Source: Anaeromyxobacteraceae bacterium
GTDB lineage: Bacteria; Myxococcota; Myxococcia; Myxococcales; Anaeromyxobacteraceae
Direction: 5' to 3'
DNA: 64,000 bases
Assembly: GCA_047602405.1 (NCBI GenBank)
Contig: JASGHJ010000001.1
Span: 2,016,001-2,080,000, forward strand
Shown: piece by piece, positions 51,315 to 61,967 of the stretch
How positions within the stretch are numbered: the stretch's first letter is position 1
Layout: each line of letters starts with the position of its first letter
The notes under the pieces: model-generated
What the model was told of the DNA's origin: nothing
The model's database searches: none
The model's input: only the letters and a program-made list of their open reading frames with translations
Position numbers and translations under genes: made by a program

Positions 51315-52195
51315 ATGCTCGAACGGCGCGCCACCCTCGCGGCCCTCGCCCTCGCTGCCCTCGGACTGACCGCCGCCGCCCGGTACCAGCTCGAGGATCT
51401 CGGCGTCCCGGCGGGACGCGGTGCGCGATCCCGCCTGGCTCCCCTCCGGGAAGCTCCTGCGCGCGGTCTCGTTCGGTCAGCGGCTCCTCCTCGCCGACGT
51501 GTACTGGCTCGAGACGGTGCAGTACGTCGGCGAGACGGTGCTGGCGAAGGCCGTGCGCTGGGACGCGCTCTACCCGCTCGGCGAGATCGTCACCGACCTC
51601 GACCCGCGCTTCGGCTACGCGTACCAGATCACCGGGTCCAACCTGGCCGGGCTCGCGCACAGGTACCCGGAGGCGGAGCGCATCCTCAAGAAGGGCATGC
51701 GCAACCTGCCCGACCGCTGGTCGCTCTACTTCGCGCACGCCACGAACAAGTTCCTCTACGAGCAGGACTACGCCGAGGCCGCGAAGTACGCGCGGCTCGC
51801 CGCGCAGATCGGCAAGAAGCCCCACCTCGCGCTCCTCGCCGCCAACCTCTCGGCCCTCGTCGACAGCGACGCGGAGTACGGCGCGGCCATCGCGTTCCTC
51901 GACGAGAGCCTCGCCGCCACCGACACGGCGGAGCTCCGCGACGAGCTCGTCGCCCGCAGGACACGCATCCAGACGTTCCAGGCGCTCTCCCGGCTCGAGC
52001 GGGCGATCGCCGGGTTCCGGGCGCGCACGGGGCGGGTGCCCTGGACCCTCGACGAGCTCGTGCCGATCGAGCTCCCGGAGCTCCCTGGCGACCCCTCGGG
52101 CGGCGAGCTCCAGTACGATCCGTCGACGGGCCGCGTGAAGAGGCAGCAAGCTCGGGCCGCGCGCGCCTCTGCGGATAACCGGAGGAAAGCCGTGA
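51315..52195 (+). CDS. Pilin-associated TPR-like membrane-anchored protein (PilG/XapA-like; apparent +1 frameshifts at about 51395 and 52142)
   Basis: N-terminal TM; ADVYWLETVQY, TDLDPRF, LPGDPSGG; corrected frame ends at a TGA overlapping the next GTG. Confidence 0.7.
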
Positions 52196-52965
52196 TCGCC
52201 CTCACCATCGCCTCCGCCACCGTCCGCGAGGCGCTCCGTGAGCGCCTCCTCCACAACCTGCTCGTGTTCGCGGTGCTCCTCGTGGTCGCTGCGCTCACCA
52301 TCTCGCAGCTCACGCTCGGCGAGCAGTTCCGAATCATCGCCAACGTGGGCCTCTCGGCGACGCAGATCTTCGGGACGCTCATCGCGGTGTTCCTCGGGGT
52401 CGGCCTCGTGAGCCGGGAGCTCGACCGCCGCACGTGTTACCCCGTGCTGGCGCGCCCCGTCTCGCGGGCGGGCTTCGTCGCGGGCAAGTACCTCGGGCTG
52501 CTCGCGACGCTCGCGCTCAACGTCGCGCTCATGTCGGTCGCCACCGCGCTCGTGCTCGCGTTCTACGAGGGCTCCCCGTCCTGGTTCGGCGCGGCGTACC
52601 TCGCCACCTTCTTCCTGACCTTCGTCCAGCTCGCGGTCTGCGCGGCGTTCGCGGTGCTCTTCTCCACCTTCTCCACCGCGACGCTCGCCTCCATCTACAC
52701 GCTCGCCATCGTCGGGGCGGGCTGGCTCTTCGGGGAGGTGCGCTGGTTCTGGCTGCAGGCTCAGCAGACCGAGATGAAGGGGCTCGTGAAGGTCCTCGAC
52801 TACGTGCTCCCCAACATGACCCTCCTCGACTCGAAGGAGGCGCTCGTGTACGGCGATCCCATCACCCTCGCCTCGGTGGCGGGCCGGGCCTCGTACGGCC
52901 TCGCCTACGCGGCCACCCTGGTGGCCTTCGCCACCCTGGTGTTCACGAAGCGGGACGTGCGCTGA
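52192..52965 (+). CDS. pilI: ABC transporter permease (PilI-like)
   Basis: ATVREALRER, ELDRRT...LARPVSR...GKYLG. Confidence 0.8.
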   Translation: MIALTIASATVREALRERLLHNLLVFAVLLVVAALTISQLTLGEQFRIIANVGLSATQIFGTLIAVFLGVGLVSRELDRRTCYPVLARPVSRAGFVAGKYLGLLATLALNVALMSVATALVLAFYEGSPSWFGAAYLATFFLTFVQLAVCAAFAVLFSTFSTATLASIYTLAIVGAGWLFGEVRWFWLQAQQTEMKGLVKVLDYVLPNMTLLDSKEALVYGDPITLASVAGRASYGLAYAATLVAFATLVFTKRDVR

Positions 52966-52967
52966 CC

Positions 52968-53936
52968 ATGGACACCCTCGCGATCGAGGCCCGCGGGCTC
53001 GGCAAGGTCTACCGGCTCGGCTTCCGGGCGCGACGGTTCGTCGCCCTCGAGGGGCTCGACCTCACGGTGACGCCGGGGTCGATCTACGGCTTCGTCGGCC
53101 CGAACGGCGCCGGCAAGTCGACGACCATCAAGATCCTCGTGGGGCTCGTGCAGGCGTCCGCGGGCAACGCGTCGCTCTTCGGCAAGAGCGTGACCGACGC
53201 CGCGGCCCGCCTGCAGGTCGGCTACCTGCCCGAGAACCCGAGCTTCCACGACTTCATGCGGCCGCTCGAGGTGCTGCGCTACCTGGGCCGGCTCTCCGGG
53301 CTCTCCGGGCGCGACCTCGACCGCCGCGCCGAGGCGCTGCTCGAGCAGGTCGGCCTCGGCGACGCGCGCGACCTCACCGTGCGCAAGTTCTCGAAGGGCA
53401 TGGTGCAGCGGCTCGGGCTCGCCCAGGCGCTCATCCACGACCCCCCGCTGCTCGTGCTCGACGAGCCCATGAGCGGGCTCGACCCCATCGGCCGCAAGGA
53501 GGTGCGGGACCTCGTCCTCGAGCAGCGGCGGCGCGGCAAGACCGTCTTCTTCTCCACGCACATCCTCTCCGACGTGGAGAGCATCTGCGACCGCGTGGGG
53601 ATGCTGCTCCACGGCAAGCTCGTCCGCGAGGGCGCGCTCGCGTCCCTGCTCGACGGCTCGGTGCGGGTGGTCGAGGTCCGCTGCACGGGCCTCTCGCCGG
53701 CCGCCGCGGACGAGGTGCGCGCGGTCGCGACCGACGGCGGCCCCTCGGCCGAGGGCCACGCCTTCCTCTTCCCCTCGCTCGAGGCCGCCGACGCCGCGGT
53801 GAAGCTCGTCCTCGCGCGCGGTGGCCGCCTCGTCTCGCTGCAGCCCCACCGCGAGAGCCTCGAGGAGACCTTCGTGCGGCTCGCGACCGCCGCCGGCGCG
53901 GCGGGCGAGGGGCGGCAGCGTGATGCCGTCGGCTAG
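52968..53936 (+). CDS. pilH: ABC transporter ATPase (PilH-like)
   Basis: GPNGAGKST, FSKGMVQR, LDEP. Confidence 0.85.
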   Translation: MDTLAIEARGLGKVYRLGFRARRFVALEGLDLTVTPGSIYGFVGPNGAGKSTTIKILVGLVQASAGNASLFGKSVTDAAARLQVGYLPENPSFHDFMRPLEVLRYLGRLSGLSGRDLDRRAEALLEQVGLGDARDLTVRKFSKGMVQRLGLAQALIHDPPLLVLDEPMSGLDPIGRKEVRDLVLEQRRRGKTVFFSTHILSDVESICDRVGMLLHGKLVREGALASLLDGSVRVVEVRCTGLSPAAADEVRAVATDGGPSAEGHAFLFPSLEAADAAVKLVLARGGRLVSLQPHRESLEETFVRLATAAGAAGEGRQRDAVG

Positions 53937-56279
53937 CCGGGGGCCGCGCGACGCGCTCGTCGCCGCGGCGGTGCTCGCCGCGGCCGGGGCGCTCGTCTTC
54001 GCGCCCGCGCTCCTCGGCGACGGCCAGTTCCTCTACCGCGACGCCGGGCGAATGCACCATCCGGTGAAGCGCTGGTTCGCCGAGGAGCTGCGGCGCGGGC
54101 ACCTCGCCGAGTGGAACCCCTACCAGGGCACCGGCACCCCGCACGTGGCGGGCGCGGTGGACGCACCCCTCCACCCGTTCAACGCGACTCTTCCTCGCGC
54201 TGCCCTTCGAGGTCGCCTTCAAGGCCTGGGTGCTCCTCGCCGTGCTGGGCGCGGGGCTCGGGGCCTGGTGGTGGGCGCGCCGGCTCGGGGGAGGGCAGGC
54301 GGGCGGGGTCGCCGCGGGGCTCGCGTTCATGCTGTCGGGGTTCGTGGTCTCGTCGACCGACAACCCGACGTACCTCACGACGCTCGCGGGCGCGCCGTGG
54401 GTGCTCGCCGCCGCGCACCGCGCGGTCGCGGTCGGCGGCCCGGCCCCGCTGCTCTGGACCGGCCTCGCGTCCTTCGTGGCGCTCGCGGGCGGCGACCCGA
54501 TGGGCTGGGCGCTCGTGCTCGGGCTCGCGGCGGTCCAGGCGCTCGCGCTGGTGCGCGGGCCGGCGCCCGGCGTGCGGGCCGCGCGCGGCGCGGCCGCCCT
54601 CGGCGTCGCCGTGCTCGCCGCGGCCCCCGCGCTGCTCCCGACGCTGCTCTGGGCCCCGCACGCGTCCCGCGCGGCGGGGTTCGATGCGACCGAGCTCACC
54701 CGCTGGAACCTCCACCCCTTGCGGCTCGTCGAGCTCGCGGTGCCCGGGCTCCTGCGGTGGAAGGTCGGCGCGCTCCAGAATCCGCTCTTCGAGGCGCTGG
54801 CAGGGAACGAGCACACCCAGTTCCCCTGGGTGCTGTCGGTCTACTCCGGCGCGTCGGCGCTGGCGCTCGCCGCGCTCGGCGCGCTCCGGGACGTGCGAGC
54901 CCGCTGGCTGCTCGGGCTGGCGCTCGCCTTCGTCTGGGTGGCGCTCGGGCCGAATGCCGGCTTCGGGCAGCTCGCGGCCGCGCTGCCGGTGCTCTCGAGC
55001 TTGCGTTACTGGGAGAAGGCGGTCGTCTGGGTCGCGCTGCTCGTCGCGGTCGCGGCGGGGCTCGGGGTGGATCGCCTCCTCGCGGCCCCGCGCGAGGAGG
55101 GCGGGCGCCTCGCGCGCGTGGCCGGGGCCGGAGCCGCAACGCTCGGCGTCCTGTCCGCCGCGGCGGCGCTCGCGCCCGCCACCGTCGCCTCGCTCGTCGC
55201 GTCGGCGCGCGGCTCCACGCCGGGCCCGCTCGCCGCGGCCCTCGTGGACAACCTCGCCGGCGGCGGCGGGGCGGCGGCGCTGGCGCTCGCGCTGCTCGCC
55301 GGGGTCGCGCTGCTCGTTCGCGGCGAGAAGCTCCGCGGGCTCGCGGCCGGGGCGGTCTGCGCGGTCGTCGCCCTCGATCTGGGCGCCTCGGCCGTGACGG
55401 CTTACGTCCTCGCGCCCCCGGCGCTGCTCGAGGAGCCTTCGCCCATCGCGGCCCGGCTCGCCGCGGAGCCCGGGCTGCCGCGGGTCGTGACGCCCTTCCA
55501 GCTCTCGGGCGAGCGGTGGCGGGAGCTCTCCGAGTACGAGGCGCGGTGGCGGTGGCTCGCGCGCACCTCCGCGCCCGCGCTGCAGGTGCCGCGGCGGATC
55601 GCCAACTTCGACGCCTACACCGGGCTGCTCTCCGCGCGCGTGATCCAGAATCCGCCGCGCCGCCGGCCCGGAGCGCCTGGCGGGCCCCGCGGCACTCCTC
55701 GGGTTCGGCGCCCTGGTCGTGCCGGCCTCGCCGGAGCTCGCCGCGAAGGCAGGCCTCGCGCCGCCGTACCAGGTCCTCGCCACCGACCCGGAGCTGCCGG
55801 TCTTCCTCGTGCGCCTGCCGGCCCGGCCGCGGGTGGGGCTCGCGGGGGCGCTCGAGCGGGGGGACGAGCGGGCCGCGCTCGAGCTCGTGCTCTCTCCCGG
55901 CGCGGCGGCGAGCGGCCGCTCGGTCGTGGAGGGGCCGGTCCCGGACGGATACCGCCCGCCCGTGGGCGAGGCGCGGCTCGCGGAGGACCGGGGCGAGCGG
56001 CTGGTCGTGGAGGCCACCGCCGACGCGCCCGCGCTCGTCGTCGTGAACGACACCTTCGCCCCGGGCTGGCGCGCGCGCGTCGACGGCGCGGAGGCGCCCA
56101 TCCTCCCGGTGAACGTCGCCGCACGCGGGATTCGGATCCCCGCGGGCCGCCACCGTGTCGAGCTCGAGTACCGCACCCCGGGGCTGCGCGCCGGCGCCGC
56201 CCTCGCCGGGGTCACGCTCGCCGCGCTCGCCGCGGCCGCCCTGCTCGCGCGCCGGCGCCGCGCCACGCCGGGAGCGTGA
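53923..56279 (+). CDS. YfhO-like GT-C membrane protein (apparent +1 frameshifts at about 54187 and 55649)
   Basis: YRD...WNPYQGTGTP, many TMs, C-terminal DTFAPGWRARVDG...PAGRHRVELEY. Confidence 0.75.
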
Positions 56280-57121
56280 TGGAGCTCTTGCCCGCGCCGT
56301 TCCTCCTCGGCTGGGTCGCGCTCGTCGGCGCGATCTTCGGCTCGTTCCTGAACGTGGTGATCGCGCGGGTGCCGCTCGGCCAGTCGGTCGTGAGCCCGCG
56401 CTCGCGCTGCCCGCGCTGCGGCACGCCCATCGCCTGGTACGACAACCTGCCGGTGGTCTCGTGGGCGCTGCTCCGCGCGCGCTGCCGGTCGTGCCGGACG
56501 CCGATCTCGGTGCGCTACCCGCTCGTCGAGGCCGCGGGCGCGGCGGCCGCGGCCGGCGCGCTCCTGCGGCACGGGCCCACCGGCGCGGCGGCCTGCGAGC
56601 TCGCCCTCGTCCTCGTCCTGCTCGCGCTCGCGCTCATCGACCTCGACACCTGGCTCCTTCCGTACCCGCTGACCCTCCCGCTCATCGGCGCCGGCCTCGC
56701 CGCCTCGTGGGCGGGGCTCTCGCCCGCCGGCGGGTGGCGCCCCGCGCTGCTCGGCGCGGCCATCGGGTTCGGCGCCTTCGCGGCGGTCTCGTGGCTCGGG
56801 GCGAAGCTCGCGCGCAAGGAGGCCCTCGGCTTCGGCGACGTGTGGCTGCTCTCCGGGCTCGGCGCGTGGTTCGGGGCGCTCGCGCTCCTGCCCATCGTGA
56901 TGCTCGCGTCGATCCAGGGCTCGGGGGTCGGGATTGCGCTGATCCTCCTCGGGAGGGCGCAGAAGGGGGAGGAGGGCGGCGGGGAGGCGCAGCCCGACGG
57001 CTGGGTCCCGCCGCGGAACTCCGTGCCCTTCGGGCCGTTCCTCGTGCTCGGGGCGCTCGAGTGGCTCTACGCGGCCGACCTCCTCGCCTCCTGGGTGCCG
57101 GCCCTCGGGCTGTTCCGGTAG
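56279..57121 (+). CDS. pilD: Prepilin peptidase/N-methyltransferase
   Basis: GSFLNVVIAR, CPRC/CRSC, IDLD, GFGD, PFGPFL. Confidence 0.95.
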   Translation: MELLPAPFLLGWVALVGAIFGSFLNVVIARVPLGQSVVSPRSRCPRCGTPIAWYDNLPVVSWALLRARCRSCRTPISVRYPLVEAAGAAAAAGALLRHGPTGAAACELALVLVLLALALIDLDTWLLPYPLTLPLIGAGLAASWAGLSPAGGWRPALLGAAIGFGAFAAVSWLGAKLARKEALGFGDVWLLSGLGAWFGALALLPIVMLASIQGSGVGIALILLGRAQKGEEGGGEAQPDGWVPPRNSVPFGPFLVLGALEWLYAADLLASWVPALGLFR

Positions 57122-57133
57122 GCTCGGTCCATG

Positions 57134-59064
57134 GTGCGTCGTGGAAGCTGCACCGATCCAGCCGGTGAGAGTCCGGTCCGGGTAATCGCCGGAGAGCCCG
57201 GAAGCAGGCACCAGCTTGTCCGGGAGACCGGGCATGCCGAGCGGTGCGTCGAAAGCCTCACGTACGGAGGAAGCGAAGCGGCGGGCCGCAACAAGGTGAA
57301 CGCTTCAGCCTCGACAGATCCTCAGCCGAAAGGTGTTCGGGAGCGCCGAGCCGGTCATGCCACGGCGAAGGCGATGCACAGCGTCCTTGGTCCGGAACGG
57401 ACGCTGGGGCTCCCCGGGGTAGGGGCGGCGGCACGTCGCGAAGGATCGGTGTGGAACACGAGAGACCCTCGCCGGCAGCCCGCGTCGGGCAGAGACCGAG
57501 CGCATAAGACGGGAGTCGAAAGCGCGAGGAGCCGGAAGGGAGTCCGAGGGGCCCGTAGTACCGGTGAGGCGCGGGATAACCGCGCGGAGGGAAGGGGCCC
57601 TGCTTTGGTCGCGTCGGCACTGGGGGTAAGCGCGAGGGCATGGCCGTGAGGCCCAACACCCCCATCGACAAAGTGCGAGAACTCCAGCGCCGGCTTTACG
57701 TGGCCGCCAAGCGGAGCAGCACGCGGCGCTTTCACGCATTGTACGACCGGATCTGCAGGGGTGACGTCCTGCGGGAAGCGTGGAAGCGGGTGCGCAGCAA
57801 CGGAGGCGCGGCAGGGGTGGACGGCGAGTCCATCCGGGCCATCGAGGAGAGCGGAGTCGAGGCGTTCCTCGAAGGGATCCAGGCCGATCTCCTGGCAGGC
57901 GAATACCGCCCCCTCCCGGTGAGGCGGCGGTACATCCCGAAGGCAGACGGAAAGCAGCGGCCGCTCGGGATCCCGACGGTGCGGGATCGCGTGGCGCAGA
58001 TGGCTGCGAAGTTGGTGCTCGAGCCGATCTTCGAGGCCGACTTCCTGTCGTCGAGCTACGGGTTCCGGCCGAAGCGGAGCGCGACGCAGGCGCTGGAGGC
58101 CATCCGCGAGGCTGGCAACCAGGGTCACAACTTCGTGCTCGACGCCGACATCAAGGCGTACTTCGACAGCATCGACCAGCAGAAGCTGATGGCGATGGTG
58201 GCGGAGCGGATCTCGGACCGCAGGGTGCTGAAGCTCCTGCGGAAGTGGCTGGAGGCCGGGGTGATGGAGGAGGGCACGGTGAGAAACCCCGTGGCGGGAA
58301 CGCCACAGGGTGGAGTGATCTCGCCGCTGCTCGCCAACGTCTACCTGCACGAGCTCGACCGGATCTGGGCGCAGAGGTGCAAGCACCTCGGCGTCCTGGT
58401 GCGGTACGCCGACGACTTCGTCGTGATGTGTGGGACGGAGTCGAAGGTGAACGAGGCGAGGCGGCGCGTCGAGCTCATCATGGCGCGCCTCGGCCTGACG
58501 CTGCACCCGGAGAAGACGCGGATCGTCGATCTGAGGCGAGGAAAGGAAGGCTTCACCTTCCTCGGGTGCGTGAACCGGAAGCGGCGCAGCATCCAGCGGC
58601 GCCCCGACCGGCACTACATGCACCGCTGGCCCTCACCGAAGGCGATGACCCGCGTCCGCGAGCGCGTCCACGAGCTGACGGACGTGCGCAGGAGCGGGGC
58701 GAAGGACGTGAAGGAGGTCATCGCGTCCGTGAACCCCGTCATCCGGGGCTGGGCCAACTACTTCCGGACCGGAACAGCGGATCGGGAGTTCAACCGCGTC
58801 GACTGGTACGTGCACGAACGGATCACGCGCTGGCTCCATCGGCGCGGTGGTCAGCGGACTCGCTATCAGTACGAGGCTTGGCCCTTCGAACGTCTCTTCG
58901 AGCTTGGCCTGCACCGCTGCATGGGCCGCGTCCGCTACCCCGCGCAAGCTGCCGCGCGAAGACCATCGTTAAGCCGTGTGCGGGAAACCCGCACGCACGG
59001 TTTGAAAGGAGGCCCTGGAACCAGGCTGGCCTAACGGCCGGTACTGCGCCAGGATCGACCAATG
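57134..59064 (+). mobile_element. Group II intron inserted directly after the ATG of the pilS2-like kinase
   Basis: 5' GTGCG at 57134; domain V AAGCCGTGTGCGGGAAACCCGCACGCACGGTTT (58971-59003); domain VI with bulged A59058; removal restores ATG CGC GCG. Confidence 0.9.
57640..59034 (+). CDS. ltrA: Group II intron reverse transcriptase/maturase, no endonuclease domain
   Basis: [35 protein letters not shown], domain X IRGWANYF. Confidence 0.96.
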   Translation: MAVRPNTPIDKVRELQRRLYVAAKRSSTRRFHALYDRICRGDVLREAWKRVRSNGGAAGVDGESIRAIEESGVEAFLEGIQADLLAGEYRPLPVRRRYIPKADGKQRPLGIPTVRDRVAQMAAKLVLEPIFEADFLSSSYGFRPKRSATQALEAIREAGNQGHNFVLDADIKAYFDSIDQQKLMAMVAERISDRRVLKLLRKWLEAGVMEEGTVRNPVAGTPQGGVISPLLANVYLHELDRIWAQRCKHLGVLVRYADDFVVMCGTESKVNEARRRVELIMARLGLTLHPEKTRIVDLRRGKEGFTFLGCVNRKRRSIQRRPDRHYMHRWPSPKAMTRVRERVHELTDVRRSGAKDVKEVIASVNPVIRGWANYFRTGTADREFNRVDWYVHERITRWLHRRGGQRTRYQYEAWPFERLFELGLHRCMGRVRYPAQAAARRPSLSRVRETRTHGLKGGPGTRLA

Positions 59065-60150
59065 CGCGCGGGCCGCGTCCGCCTCCTCATCCTGCTCGAC
59101 CTCGCCGCCGTGGCGCTCCTCGTGGGCGGGCTGGCGTTCGTCGTCCTGACGATCGGCACGCGCGACCTCGGCCGGGCGGCCCTCGCCGCGGCGGCCATCG
59201 CCGGCCTCGGGCTCCTCGTCTCGGCGAGCCTGCTCCAGGGCGCCGTCGTGCGGCCCCTCGAGCGGATGCTGGCGGCCGCCGAGCGGCTCGACGGGGCGCG
59301 GGCCGCCGCGGACCTGCCGGTGCTGGCGCCCGAGGGGGAGGGTGGCCTCTCGCTCACGCGCGCCGCGGTCGCCTTCGAGCGCACGAGCGACGCGCTCGCC
59401 GCCGAGCGGGCCCGCCTCGCCGCGAAGGTGGAGGAGCTCGAGGCGGCGCGGGAGTCGCTGGTGCGCACCGAGAAGCTCGCCACGGTCGGCCGGCTCGCCG
59501 CCGGCGTCGCCCACGAGATCGGCAACCCGCTCGGCGCCATCGCCGGCTACGCGGAGATCGCCCGCGGCCGGGTCGAGCGCGGGCAGGCGGCCGAGGCCGT
59601 CGACTTCCTCGACCGCATCCGGGCCGACGTGCGCCGCATCGACGCCATCGTGCGCGACCTCCTCGACTTCGCCCGGCCCGCGGAGCCCGCGCTCGGCCCG
59701 GTCGGGCTCGGCGGCGCGGTGGAGGCCGCGGTGCGCCTCGCCCGGCCGCAGCCGCGCTTCCGCGACGTCGAGGTGACGGTGCGGGTGCCCCCGGGCCTGC
59801 CGCCGGTCGTCGCCGACGCGCGCCGGCTCGAGGGCGTCGTGCTCAACCTGCTCCTCAACGCGGCCGACGCGATGGGCGGGCGGGGCCCGCTCGAGCTCGC
59901 CGCGGCGGCGGAGGGCGGCGCGGTCGTGCTCGACGTGCTCGACCGGGGCACCGGGATCGCCCCGGAGAACCTGCCGCGCGTCTTCGACCCCTTCTTCACG
60001 ACGAAGCCGCCCGGCGCGGGGACCGGCCTCGGGCTCTCCATCTGCCTGAGGGTGGTCGAGTCCTTCGGCGGGACGCTCGAGGCGGCGAACCGCGAGGGCG
60101 GCGGGGCCCGCCTCCGGGTGCGCCTGCCGGCCGCGGCCGGGCCGGTGTAA
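59062..60150 (+). CDS. Sensor histidine kinase (PilS2-like)
   Basis: Two TMs, HAMP-like, AHEIGNPL, FFTTK, GTGLGL; between pilD and pilM. Confidence 0.88.
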   Translation: MRAGRVRLLILLDLAAVALLVGGLAFVVLTIGTRDLGRAALAAAAIAGLGLLVSASLLQGAVVRPLERMLAAAERLDGARAAADLPVLAPEGEGGLSLTRAAVAFERTSDALAAERARLAAKVEELEAARESLVRTEKLATVGRLAAGVAHEIGNPLGAIAGYAEIARGRVERGQAAEAVDFLDRIRADVRRIDAIVRDLLDFARPAEPALGPVGLGGAVEAAVRLARPQPRFRDVEVTVRVPPGLPPVVADARRLEGVVLNLLLNAADAMGGRGPLELAAAAEGGAVVLDVLDRGTGIAPENLPRVFDPFFTTKPPGAGTGLGLSICLRVVESFGGTLEAANREGGGARLRVRLPAAAGPV

Positions 60151-60162
60151 GGTCGAGGCCCG

Positions 60163-61525
60163 GTGCTCCGGAACGTCCTCATCGTCGACGACGACGCGTC
60201 GATGCGCCACCTGCTCTCGGTGATCCTCGACGATCACGGGTACGTCGCGCGCGCGGTCGCCTCCGGCGAGGCGGCGCTCGAGGAGATCGCGGCCCGCGCC
60301 TACGACCTCGTCGTCACCGACGTGCGGATGCCCGGCATGGGCGGCCTCGCGCTGCTCCGGGCGATCCAGGACCGCGATCCCCTCATCATGGTCATCGTGA
60401 TGAGCGCGTACGGCTCGCACGAGACCGCCATCGAGGCGATGAAGGCGGGGGCGTACGACTGGCTCTCGAAGCCGTTCCGGCCGGACGAGGTGGTGCTCCT
60501 GCTCCGGAAGGCCGAGGAGCGCGAGCGGCTCGCGCGCGAGAACGTGCGGCTGCGCGGCGAGCTCGCGCGGAGCTACCGGCCCGACCAGCTCGTGGGGAGC
60601 TCCGAGGCGATGCGCGAGCTCGACCGGCAGATCGCCCGGGTCGCGCCGCAGAAGACGACCGTGCTCCTCACCGGCGACTCGGGGACGGGCAAGGAGCTCG
60701 TCGCCCGCGCGCTCCACGAGCGCTCGCCGCGCGCGGGCTGCCCGTTCGTGGCGGTGAACTGCGGCGCCATCCCCGAGGCGCTGCTCGAGTCGGAGCTTCT
60801 TCGGCCACGTGCGCGGCGCGTTCACCGACGCGGTCCGCAACAAGAAGGGGCTCGCCGCGGAGGCCGACGGCGGCACGCTCTTCCTCGACGAGATCGGCGA
60901 GCTCCCGGTGTCGCTCCAGCCGAAGCTCCTGCGCTTCCTCCAGGAGGAGGAGGTCCGCCCGGTCGGCGACACCCGCGCGCGCCGGGTGGACGTGCGGGTG
61001 GTGGCCGCGACCGCGCGGGACCTGAAGCAGGCCGTGCAGGACGGGCGCTTCCGCGAGGATCTCTACTGGCGGCTCGCGGTGGTGCCGCTGCGGATCGCGC
61101 CGCTGCGCGACCGGCCCGAGGACGTCCCGCCGCTCGCCGAGCACTTCCTCGCGCGCCTGGGGAGGCTCCGCCCGGAGCTCGGCGCGCTCTCGCTCTCCGA
61201 CGGCGCGCGGGCGCGCCTCCTCGCCCACCGCTGGCCAGGCAACGTGCGGGAGCTCGAGCACGTCCTCGAGCGCGCGGTGGTCATGGCCGAGGGGCCGGTG
61301 ATCGGCGAGGGGGACCTGCCGGACGAGCTCGCCCGGGCAGGCGAGCGGCCGGGCGCCGCGCCCCCCGCCGAGCTCTCGATCAAGCGGGCGACCCGCCAGC
61401 TGGAGGCGTCGCTCATCCGCGCCGCGCTCGAGCGCACCGGTGGAAATCGGACGAAGGCCGCGGAGCTGCTGGAGATCTCGTACGGGGCGCTGCTCTACAA
61501 GATCCGCGACTACGGGCTGTCCTGA
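60163..61525 (+). CDS. sigma54-dependent response regulator (PilR2-like; apparent +1 frameshift at about 60797)
   Basis: Receiver, [23 protein letters not shown] after correction, HTH. Confidence 0.88.
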
Positions 61526-61706
61526 GCGCGCGGTGGGTGCCAGTGCACGCTGCGATCCGGGCTCCCGGTACGCGCGGTGAAGCCGTCCGTGGACGCATAA
61601 TGACGCATCACTGGATCTCCGCGATACGTCGGTGAAAAGCACACACCGATATCGTCGCGGCCGCTTCCTTGATCGGGTACCGATCGATCGCATAGCGTGG
61701 TCCGGC

Positions 61707-61961
61707 ATGGCCGTCCACCCACCACGCAACCGCGTCGATCTCGGGAGAGCGCCGAACAACGTGCGCCGCCTGCGTGAGTCGCAGCTCCTCACCAAGGCGG
61801 AGCTCGCGCGCAAGGCGGGCATCTCGCCGCTCACCGTCTCCCGCATCGAGAGCGGGCAGGAGTGCCGCGTGGACACGCAGCGGAAGATCATCATCGCGCT
61901 CGGGTTCACGCCCTCCGACCGCGCCAAGGTTTTCGGGGCTCGCAGCCGGGTGGGGAGGTAG
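61707..61961 (+). CDS. Small XRE-family HTH protein upstream of pilM
   Basis: NNVRRLRESQLLTKAELARKAGISPLTVSRIE. Confidence 0.85.
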   Translation: MAVHPPRNRVDLGRAPNNVRRLRESQLLTKAELARKAGISPLTVSRIESGQECRVDTQRKIIIALGFTPSDRAKVFGARSRVGR

Positions 61962-61967
61962 GGCGCC

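Noticed and set aside
51421..57121. Apparent TPR-permease and YfhO-PilD fusions
   Set aside because: Frameshift artefacts; corrected frames stop at TGA codons overlapping the next start
57640..59034. RT as a DGR, retron or CRISPR-associated RT acting on pilins
   Set aside because: Clear group II intron 5' end, domains V/VI and maturase domain X; no template/variable repeat pair, msr-msd or cas genes seen
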